Positions 52,505-64,000 of a stretch of DNA of 64,000 bases are shown piece by piece. The notes under the pieces were generated by a model. The model did not search any database. It saw only the letters and a program-made list of their open reading frames with translations, and was not told the DNA's origin. Positions within the stretch are counted from its first letter, which is position 1. Each line of letters begins with the position of its first letter. Made by a program: the position numbers and the translations under genes. Source of the DNA: Cirrosporium novae-zelandiae (Eukaryota); the NCBI GenBank assembly GCA_026023565.1, contig JAPETS010000028.1:124001-188000 (forward strand). Reading direction: 5' to 3'.

Positions 52505-53548
52505 ATGGCATATTCCCCAGCTACAAATATAGACACTATTGAAGAGCATGTCACCTGGGAAGAGTCTCCCCTCAGTTCAGGCATATCAAGATCAAAACAA
52601 AGCTTGGAAGCCCACAATAATAGTGGTGAAGATAGTCTAACTATGTCTGCTGTCATATCCTCCCTTAATTCAACCTCCTTGACTGATTCTCCCATGAATT
52701 TTACAAATCATGGCACTGCTCTCAACGATAAGTCCAGCGACAAATCCAATAATGAGTCTGACAATGAATCTGACACTGAGTCTGATAATGAGCCCTTTAA
52801 TCCAAATAACGTCCCGACAGAGCGTAAATTCGACCCGGACATTATAAAGAAACTTGGCGAGCACATTAGGAGCAAGCAACGTCTTAGTCTCTCGCAAAAA
52901 TTGGCAGAGGGATTTACATCAGGCTCTGAAAACGTGCTTGAGAAAATCGTAGAGCTCAAACGCCGGCTCTCCTCCAAGCTCGCTTCACCGGAGAAAGGAG
53001 AGAAAATGCATGAGGCCAGGCGACATCGTGCTCTGCAGCGTGCTGCCGCCGCACGGCCAAGCACCACTCGCAGTTTTAGTTCCAACGACATTTTGACAAA
53101 AGCAGAGAGTCCATCATATCTTCCTAAGGCCGTTACAAAGGACGTTGGCAGACTATCTATGCACAGCCTTCTATTTACACCAACAGAGATTCAATCTCTA
53201 ATAGCCATAAATGAAGATAGCACTGTCAAACTTGCTCCCACGGTTTCTTCCCCTCCTCCTCCTTCTCCTCCTACCACGAAGCCAACACCAAATTTGGGCA
53301 CTACAACAAAAGATGCTATTCCTTCTTTTTCTGCAAATTCAATGCCGCAAGACAGCCAGAGTAATGGGGATGAGGGGATGGTGGGTGAAGGAAAAGAGCA
53401 AATGGGCGAGAAGAATGGAAAGAGGCTTGGGCGGTGGAACAGCATGCGTCTGAAGAAAACTCTAGAAAAAGGGAAGGAGACTTTTGAAAAGGGTAAGAAG
53501 AAGGGTGCATCAGGAAAGCTCTTGGGGAAGCAGTCAGGGAAGAAATAG
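52505..53548 (+). CDS. Uncharacterised low-complexity protein (347 aa)
   Basis: Single ORF with SDNE-type tandem repeats, a Pro-rich stretch and a Lys-rich C-terminus. No recognisable domain. Confidence 0.6.
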   Translation: MAYSPATNIDTIEEHVTWEESPLSSGISRSKQSLEAHNNSGEDSLTMSAVISSLNSTSLTDSPMNFTNHGTALNDKSSDKSNNESDNESDTESDNEPFNPNNVPTERKFDPDIIKKLGEHIRSKQRLSLSQKLAEGFTSGSENVLEKIVELKRRLSSKLASPEKGEKMHEARRHRALQRAAAARPSTTRSFSSNDILTKAESPSYLPKAVTKDVGRLSMHSLLFTPTEIQSLIAINEDSTVKLAPTVSSPPPPSPPTTKPTPNLGTTTKDAIPSFSANSMPQDSQSNGDEGMVGEGKEQMGEKNGKRLGRWNSMRLKKTLEKGKETFEKGKKKGASGKLLGKQSGKK

Positions 53549-53649
53549 GAGAGAAAGGAGAAGAAAAGGGACAATCGTGAGATGAATAGTGAGCTGGTAA
53601 ATCCCTCTTCCTTTCTTTTCCCGGGATTTTTCCTTGGCCAGAATTGGGC

Positions 53650-53728
53650 GTGAATCAGTGTGAACCAGTGTAGATCCGTGTGCATTCCGTGGGAACCCGT
53701 GTGGAATCAGTGTGAAATACGGGTGAAT
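53650..53728. repeat. Degenerate 10-11 bp tandem repeat (consensus ~GTGAATCAGT), about 8 units
   Basis: GTGAATCAGT/GTGAACCAGT/GTAGATCCGT/GTGCATTCCGT/GGGAACCCGT/GTGGAATCAGT/GTGAAATACGG/GTGAAT. Confidence 0.8.
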
Positions 53729-54712
53729 GAACTGGTACATATAACTAAGCCCAGAGAATTCAAAATTCCAAAAAAAAGAAACCATGTCAAAATGTAGTTT
53801 CACAACAGTAGAAAAACGAGGAAGGTAAATGTATCGGGCCGAGTAATAACTAATATTTTCTCATTTTCCCCCACTTATATTGTAGTACAACAAGACTAAC
53901 AATGATAGGCTTTTAACCCCAGCATATGTATGTAGGTTAGCTAACATAATCGATAGTCTCACTCGAGTAGTCTAAAGATTACAATCTTTGATTCATTATA
54001 TATACATGAAGTTGCCAAACTTTAGGTTCAATCGAGTTGAAATCTGATAGCCGAGCTAATAGCTAGTGAGATATCCAGATCTTCCTTTATCCTATCATGG
54101 TATTTTATATTTTATACTGAAGTACCCCTTCAATTGATCAGCTACATTTTGAAGATCAGATACTCGAGCGATCATCACCATCATCCATGGAGCGATGCAG
54201 ATCCCGCAGACGACGTGCAGATATGCCGAACCGATCAAATCACATCGCCTTGTTTAAGTTGAGGTTTCCATGGAGGGTCCCCGATCTTTCATAAACCACT
54301 TCCTCTAAACTTCCCTTTTTATTTATTACCACAACGCCACCTGACATCTGTCACTCTCAATCTTCTCCAATGATATACTACCATGGCTCTCTCTACCACT
54401 ATCCCATCAATCGTAGAGTTGGACAAAAAAATCTAAACTTACACAATAGCTCCCGACAGCTGGGGGGCAACACCTTCTCCATGGTATGGTGTGGTGTGGT
54501 GTGGCGGGGAGAAAGTAGAAGGCCGATTAAGGTAGGTAGGTAGGGGCCCAAAAGGACGCTGTGCTATATAATAAAGAGCAAGAATTCTCGTTTTCTCTCT
54601 CTCCTCCATAGAAATAAATTATATATATCGTTGTTGGGTGTGCTGCTTTCAGAACCCCCTACCCCTCTCAATTGATTTATTTCCCCACTCGCTCCCGACC
54701 CCTCCCTTTTCT

Positions 54713-56213
54713 ATGTATGGTGGAGTGGAAGCCACGGCCGCCGAGGCGGAGAGTTTGATCCCCCACCCTCGTCGAGAAAACTACCATCACCACCACCAAC
54801 ACCAACAACAGCAGAGGAGGCGACTATCGCGGTCACCATCACCAATAGCAAGCCCCAAACCAACCACAAGCTCCAAAAAAACAGCAGCAGCAACGGCAGC
54901 ATGGCGAAGAAGGAAGGTTCTGGCAACAGCAACAACAACATGGCACCGCAACAAAGGTCTGGTGCTCGTGCTTGTATCTCAATTCTTTGGTTGCTTGATG
55001 AACGTCTCCATCTCCATCCTAGAAAATGAGCCCGAACACCCCATGCAGCCCCTCCAAGTCCGCATACCCCCCCCCCATTTCCCCTTTTCTTTTCTTTCTT
55101 GACCTTCGTCTCTTTCTCTCTCTTTTAGAAAAAGCTCGCTGACCAAAGCGTGACCCTTTCGTCTTCGCTATAACACAGATCCTCTTCGTCCGCATGTCAA
55201 TAACCACCTTCTTCTGCCTAACCTACATGTATTTCGCCAAGACCCCTCACTCCCCCTTCGGCCACCCATCCGTCCGCCCCCTCCTCTACGCTCGTGCCTT
55301 CGGAAGCTTCTTCGGCGTCTTCGGACTCTACTTCAGCTTGCTGTACCTCCCCCTCTCCGACGCCACGGTCCTGACCTTCCTCTCTCCGATTCTCGCCTGC
55401 TGGGCATACTCGATCTTGCTCCATGAGCCGTTGGCGCGGATGGAGCTGGTCGCCGGTCTCGTTTCCTTGTTCGGGGTCATACTGATTGCGAGACCAACTG
55501 TCCTCTTCTCGTCTGAGGAACCACCGCATCCGGATAACCCTACAGCAGGGGGATCAGGATCAGGATCAGGCGACTCCACCACCACAATGAATTTCCCGCA
55601 CGCAACACCCTCCCAACGCCTCCTCGCCGTTTCCATGGCCATGCTCGGCGTCTGCGGCAACGCATGCGCCTACACCACCATCCGCTGTCTCGGCAAACGC
55701 GCCCACCCACTCATAACCACAAACTACTTCGGAGCCTGGTGCACGCTCCTCTCCAGCATCCTCATATTCCTCCCCTTACCCTTACCCCCCTTCACCTCCC
55801 CCTCAACAGCTTTCCACCTACCCTCCACCCTAAAACAAGGGCTCCTCCTCCTCATCCTCAGCGTCAGCGGCTTCATCCTGCAGTTCCTGATGACCGTGGG
55901 TCTGGCTTACGAAAAGAGTAGTCGGGCCACTAATATGGTTTATAGTCAGATGCTGTTTGCGTTGGCGGTTGATAAGATTGTTTGGGGGGTTAGTCCAGGG
56001 TGGTGGAGTCTGGCGGGGAGTGCGTTGATTTTGGGGAGTGCGGTTTTTGTAGCTGTGCAGAGTGAGATGGGGATGGGAAAGGATGAGGTGGGTGGGGTTC
56101 CGGATGGGGGTGCGGATATGGAGGAAGAGGAGGAGGGCGATAGGGAAGAAAGAAGGAGCTTGTTAAGGGGGGGTGTGCAGGAGGCGCGTACCAGGACCAT
56201 CTCCAGGGTATAG
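54713..56213 (+). CDS. EamA/DMT (drug-metabolite transporter) family membrane protein, 2 exons
   Basis: NKGLVLVLVSQFFGCLMNV..MQPLQ|ILFVRMSIT, YLPLSDATVLTFLSP, GVILIARP, TIRCLGKRAHPLI and EKSSRATNMVYSQMLFA. Intron ~55059-55178. Confidence 0.9.
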
Positions 56214-56257
56214 AACAGGACATTCCTATCTCCTAAATCAGTACCCTGAGCGCCACT

Positions 56258-56280
56258 CCCCCCCCCCCCCCCCCCCCCCC
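56258..56280. repeat. C23 homopolymer downstream of the DMT gene (a C17 run also occurs at 38091-38107)
   Basis: Directly visible homopolymer. Confidence 0.9.
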
Positions 56281-57400
56281 AAATCACACAACCAAAACAC
56301 ACCATCCTCACGTACGAACAAAATAAACGAAATATCTTCTTTCCTTCTTTTTTCCTTCATTTTGGGTCCAATACATTCATACATGAATGGATGGATATAA
56401 TAGCCATAAGGTTAGATGGCGAGGAAAATAATAAAAAGAAAAAAGGTTGTCGACCGGTCGGTCCTATTTGAAGAATAAATATATTGGATGGGTATGGGTT
56501 GGATAAGAACTTATACATGTATGGATGGGTTTATTGAATGATTGAATAAATAAAGTTGAATTAAAAATTGCGTTTGATTAATGTGATTGTCTTTTTTCTC
56601 CTTTCTTGTGCGACTTTATGACTTAAGCAAGGGATGAGAAGGATCCGCTGCTTGAGCGGGTGCGGATATATATATCCTATAGCTACAACAATAACAAGGA
56701 TAAGTCTTTTCCATAATTCTATGATTTTGTGAGCTTTATTATTCTCCATATAGATATGCACACACACATACAGTACGTACATGTACATACTATTGAATGA
56801 ATGAATAGTCTTTTCATAAAGTTCTTGATTTAAAGCTTTGATAAAACGTTAAGAGGTCTCACCAAGAAGGCTCCCAACATTTAGTTGCCAGAGAATGAAG
56901 AAGTCCAGGAGGATCTCATTTTTTTCCAGCTCTCGGCTCTGGGAGCAAGGAGTCGGGGGGTGTTGGATGAGTCGGCTAGGTAGGTGACTGGGTTGATTGT
57001 CCGGGATACACAACTCAATAGATGTTGGTCAATTGACCAATGCAACAGAGATATTGATCTCAAGTAGTTTTCATTATTTTTTTTTTGGCTGATTGCATAA
57101 TCCTTCTCGCACATATGTGGTGCGTTGGTTGGTAGAGTAAAACTAACAATAAAATACTCTCTTTTATTATACCATATTGCATGCCCGAGCTTCATGGCTT
57201 CTTTTCTTCCTTCAGCGCCAGACGATTAAACTATTCCCCAGGACAGAAAAGATAAAAAACAGAAAATATTGAAAACGCGGGGAACCGAACTAGTCCATCA
57301 TCCATCCGATTCTCCTGCTCATAGCTAATAAGTGCAAATAAGTACGAGTGTTCACAAAGGGTTCAAAAGATAATGGTAAATAATATCGCTGATGATGGAT

Positions 57401-59100
<1,700 letters not shown>

Positions 59101-60923
59101 GGTAAGATCCAAGTATGGAAAGAAAGGTTAGACGCTAAGGTTTCGAGCAAGGAAGGGAAAGAAGAATTAATCTGTGGGTGGTCAATATCCATATTTATAT
59201 GTTGTGAAATCAATGGGTGGAAATTATCAATTGGTGGAGAGATGGTGGTATTGGGCCGAACAAAATGTGGATTGCTAGATAACACAATTGCAGATGGAAG
59301 TGGGTGGAAAGTGGGATGACTTACCTAAATAGTTGGGTTGAATGGTGAGGAATAGAGGTAGGAATGGGTAGATGGTGGAGAGGTTTGAAGGTTGAATTTG
59401 AAAAAAAACAATAATGAGGGGGACTGGGGCCCATTTCTTTCTTTTACTTGGTTCAATGATCCTTGGGGTCTACTACTCAGAACTAAAAAGTATTTCACTG
59501 CTCCGGTTTTCTGAACCTGGAGAGGTTGATTTGCTCATATGTGCCTGATGTGTCCTTCTGGTTCTCCGTAAATATCCATCTCGAGTTTTGCCAAGGACGT
59601 GTTTTTTTGCTTTGTTTGCTGGCTGCAGGCTGCGGACTGTACACAAATGGCATAAATAAGTGGTACAAATGGCTACCTAGGTAATTAGTGATGCCATCAT
59701 CAAACCATCACAACCACCCAACTTCTAAAACCACCTGGAATCTTTGGTTGCCGGCCACACCTTAACTTGCCTACATTACCATTCTCCAATTTCACTCCAG
59801 TACCACTTTAACTACCACTCTCACCACCACCTATTTGAACTACCACCTGTGCTCCCACCAACAAACATTAAATTCCCAGAGCCCATTCTTTCTAGCTGGT
59901 TCGATCCCTTTCCCCAAGTAGGTATAGCGACAATACCCCCCTCCCCCCCCCTAGTATTTAATTATTCAAACTTGAAATTGCTTTTCACTGTACTAAAATC
60001 CCATCCACCCCAACACGTGGTGTTAACTACAGTAGAAATGCTGCCTCTACTTTCACTGTGTTACATGCCTTACCCAAGCACAAGCTACCCCAAGGTCCTT
60101 CCCCTCCAGTCCCATTCACAAACTCCAAATTAGCTAGTACCACTCTACAGTACAAAAGCCTCAATAGGCGGATCTGGAAATTCCGAGGCTCAAAGACCTC
60201 GCTGATTGGGGGGAGAGGACAAGATATTCTGTACAACTACGGTCTATGCTGCCCAACCGCTAAACTCCTCCATCTCAGCCCTCCTCAGCGTGGGTGGGAA
60301 CGGAATACATAAAATCTGTCTTCATATGACGACCATTGCTGTGGAACCCATTGCCTTTAATAACCGAGGCTCCCCATGGTATCTTCAGGCTGATGCATGC
60401 TCTCCTCTAATCCGGGTAGATTCCTTCATCAAATGCTGTCGCTGCACTCAATCAAAAACATACGCGTAAAAGATGTCCCACGCGAAGAAAAGATCCGCGA
60501 AGATGGTCTGGGCAAAATATTTCTGTAAAACTGGTTGTGCTTGTGCCCCAGGAATGACCTCTCGTATATTTGACCCGTTGCCAGGAGTAAGAATTAGCAA
60601 ATAATTCAGCTGGCGAGGCAGGCCCTTGGAGTGTAGATAAGAGCGTGATCCCGATTTCCTCCTACACAACGCAAAAAAACATCGCTCCGTGTAAACCCCA
60701 TTACTCGCCCTGACGATTGTAATAAGAACAAAGGAACATAAGGGAATCATATAATGCAAAGCCATTGCAATACTTGATAGTATGCAGACCGACTTGCTAC
60801 CATATCGCACTTTTCCAGTCGCAACATGATTAGTCGGCTCAGTGGATCATCTCTTATCATCAATCATGTCTAGAACATGCTCTGACATAGGAATCAGAAC
60901 ACGGTGCTATGGTGCGGCATCAA

Positions 60924-62777
60924 CTATTTCGTATCCATTAGTTCTGCAGTAGAGCCCGAGTTTGACGGGTTGGCGGATAGCGAGGTCGGCTCAGGATCCA
61001 TCTTGTTCGTACTTGCGGTCTCTTTTGAGTTCCCCGTGGTTGAATTCGGGTTGTCTGCTTTGATGGAGTTCTGCGCTGTAGGAGGTTGGGGACCAGGTGT
61101 ACCTTCCCGCTCGCCTCTGAATGCTTCTCGATCTTGGTTAGAGCCTGCCAGTCCCTTTCTTACCTGACTTTCAAGGTCCTTATCCTCTTCAGCCTGGTCA
61201 AATACTCCGGGGTCTTCAGAATCTGTCAAGAGCTCAGTCCCATCTCCAAGTAGAATGATTCGCCCAGTTCTACCTCCAAAGCCCTTGGTACGCTGGTCAA
61301 GATCAAGCTCAAAATCACTGTTATCATCATCAAATTGATGTCTTACGCCGGGGCCACGGAATTCAGCTATTTCATGTATTAGCTTTTGGGGTGGATGCCG
61401 TGGCTGTCTCAGAACTTGCCATACTCTGGCGGAGCACAGGGGCCATCGCCGTTTGCAACTCTTTCGCCAATCATTTTGTACCATTCTTCTCTGGTCTTGC
61501 CCTCCAGAAGGCCAATAATGATCATGGTCATATTATCACACCCTACTCCGCCCGTCTCACTGTTCGAAGCTAGACAATTGTCCATCATGTTTTCACAAAT
61601 CTTCTCGAGAGGTTGCTTTGCTGCTATTCCACGACGCACAAACTCCACGACAGCTTGCGAGGACTGGCAATCCCAAATACCTATACACAGCATTAACAAC
61701 TGCTTGAATAATCAGGACCATTCGGAATCATTCATACCATCACAGGCAATCACTAGAAATTCATCATCTGCAGATATATCATGAGTAATAACATCAGGGA
61801 ATGCTGTGACAATTTGTTGTTCTGGCGAGAGTTCTGCGCTCTTCTTGAATTCGAAATCCCCTAGCGCTCTAGAAAGGGCTAGGTTGCCATTGACTCTACC
61901 AAAGTCCACGAAACCACCAGCAGCACAAATTCTTGCCTTTTCGCCTGTTTTAAAGTTAATGGAAGTTTAAAGTGGAATGCATGGTTATCGGACCTTCATT
62001 TTGGGGTTTATGGTCAAAAGAGAGTGGTTTGGCCCGTCCCTTGACGCCCAGTACACTTCTTGAATCTCCAGCATTTCCCTGAGACATTCAGTACTGCTGT
62101 ATGCTAGTAGCTAGATTGGAATTCTTACCACAAAGATCTTCTGGTTTGTTATAACGGCGACAGATGCAGTGCAGCCAGATACCTCCTCTTCGTATTTCGG
62201 ATCTGTTCTCGTCAGTTTTGAACTCCTATAAACATTAAAAGTTCAGAAGTAATTACCGTTTAAAATGGCTCTATCTGTAGCCAGGAATCCATCTTTTAAT
62301 GCCTGTTCAATGTCTCCCTTCTTAAAGGATTCTTGCTTTGAGACAATCTTGTGCACGTTATCCCCTGCGAATTGTGCCACCTTATCACCACCATGTCCAT
62401 CGTAAACTCCGAAAAAACTGAGGCGATCTATTCCATCCGGTAATTTTGTGTTGTTGCTATCTTTGTGTAAATCTAGAACTGCCGCATGTGAATCTTCCAT
62501 GCTGATCCGCCAGCCTTGCATGGCGGAGACTCCGTATATGACGCATTCATCTTCCCCCGAACCCGAAGTCTAGGAAATGCCCATCAGTTAGCAGGACATC
62601 CCGAAGCTTAAATATGTGGCACTAAAGGCTTTTAGAAGATTGAACAGATGTCATCTCGGATGCGAAAATAATCAAATGTGGCATGTTTTCACAGATGGAA
62701 GAAGGCGGCATATGCAACAAGAAATATTGAGAACCACAAACCTTTTCGGTAACGGGTTCCGAAAGTGTTTGTCCCAT
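60924..62777 (-). CDS. PTC2: Protein phosphatase 2C, Ptc2/Ptc3 type, multi-exon
   Basis: [12 protein letters not shown] first exon; [53 protein letters not shown] and GCDNMT. Confidence 0.95.
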
Positions 62778-63371
62778 CTTACTATCGAGCACAGTAAGCA
62801 CAGATTCTTATATTTTCACGAAGTTCGCTCATCCAAAGGTAAGAGTCTGTCGGGATGCGGAGATTGCCAGGCGTTTATCGATTGTGGCCAGGTCACAATT
62901 GGTGGGCTGAAAGAGGGGAGAATCAAGAGAGGACTATCGACAAAAAGGAATATTCATGCCTTTCCCAGAGCTATGCACCAAAGATATAGGACTATCGAGA
63001 ACACAGTGAAGTTTTCAGGAGAAGTCGCGTGGGCAAATTGTGAGATGACGCCCAGAGAAAGAGCCTTAGAAAGCCCTTTAGCTTCCAGGGAATTTCGTCT
63101 GGTACGTCAGCCTTAAAGTAACATAGGTGCAAATATCTGCCCAAAGCACCAAAAGTAATTTTCACAACCCTACAATTGGTACTCTAAGGCCTTCCAAGAA
63201 AAATCTACAGCACCACCCTGGATAAAAAAATCCATAAAACCCAGCTGATATCATGGCCTGATTAGTGACTCAATTTCCGAGACATTCATCGAATCATTTA
63301 TGCTTATATCTAATTGTTGAATTTGGTCATTTTTATTTTGCTTCCACCCCCCTGCTTTGTCATCACCATCA

Positions 63372-64000
63372 TCATAAAAAGGCCTCCGAGATCTTGCCTC
63401 TCTGACTATTACCCCTTCTGCCTGATACACTGCTTTCTTCGACGCTCACAGGTCGTTTCCCTTTAGGCTCCACTACTCTTAAATTATGCTCATTTCCTCC
63501 CCCAAACATACTAAACATCCCGTGATTGGTCCTAAGCATACTCAGTCGTTTTGCTCGAGATTCATGTCCGCCTTCCCCTGAAGCGGTTGTTACACTATCT
63601 TCAGCCAATGGATCTCTGCCTCGCTGGTATCCCGCCCCATTTGCTTGGCCAGAGACATCTCGTACATGTGCAATATGTGCGGGGCTTGGTTCACTGAGAG
63701 GGGCAAGAGGGTACCACTGGTGTCGCCCTTCCTCGTTGGTATACTCATCCACCATATTATCGTAATCCCCCGCATCTGTCGACGATTCTGCTTCATCAAA
63801 TCGCCCACTACTACTCGCACTCAACTGGCTTGGAAAACGAACCAGTTTCGTAAACCCATAATTGATTCGAGAACGAAATTTTTGGACAGGTGATCCTCGA
63901 GCCCTAACTGACACTGGTTCTAGGCTGGAGGATTGAGAGTACGATCGATCTCCGCGCTGCTCTGCAGTATCATTCTCTACATTTGTATTCAGATCATCTG
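63372..64000 (-). CDS. C-terminal part of an unidentified protein (frame open to the window edge)
   Basis: The frame of ORF 63372-63914 stays open to 64000 (..DDLNTNVENDTAEQRGDRSYSQSSSLEPV..). Disordered-looking composition; no domain recognised. Confidence 0.65.
   Translation of the reverse strand, partial: DDLNTNVENDTAEQRGDRSYSQSSSLEPVSVRARGSPVQKFRSRINYGFTKLVRFPSQLSASSSGRFDEAESSTDAGDYDNMVDEYTNEEGRHQWYPLAPLSEPSPAHIAHVRDVSGQANGAGYQRGRDPLAEDSVTTASGEGGHESRAKRLSMLRTNHGMFSMFGGGNEHNLRVVEPKGKRPVSVEESSVSGRRGNSQRGKISEAFL

Noticed and set aside
53650..53728. Repeat array as CRISPR-like
   Set aside because: Units are 10-11 bp with no spacers, the genome is eukaryotic, and no cas genes are present.
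59744..60810. Several short ORFs between PCT1 and PTC2
   Set aside because: Low-complexity promoter/UTR sequence, mostly non-ATG starts, with no protein motifs.

Overview
Gene-dense eukaryotic DNA from an intron-rich filamentous ascomycete (Pezizomycotina-type GT..CTAAC..AG introns of about 50-80 nt, a Zn2Cys6 regulator). About 21 protein-coding genes can be supported. Three are missed or only partly captured by the ORF track: an arylsulfatase at the left edge, an 11-exon RPS23 and a 3-exon small secreted protein. The first ~11.3 kb looks accessory. It holds a cytosolic AtsA-like arylsulfatase, ATG22, and a compact glycoside-utilisation module: an intronless cytosolic GH35 beta-galactosidase divergent from a lactose/cellodextrin-type MFS porter, plus a Zn2Cys6 factor. 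The shared promoter carries three exact CCGGGAAT copies and several CreA-type sites. Next to the module is a cysteine-poor, thaumatin-like secreted protein. The remainder is mostly housekeeping: PRB1, BEACH/BPH1, RPS23, eIF2B-beta, NEM1, a PHD protein, CEX1/SCYL1, LST8, eIF3f, UTP25, a DMT transporter, PCT1 and PTC2/3. Splicing and translation oddities include a 6-nt microexon, a GC-AG intron, stop-free 48-nt introns and uORFs. No tRNA, rRNA, CRISPR array or intact transposon was recognised. All assignments come from manual reading and remembered family motifs, with no database searches.
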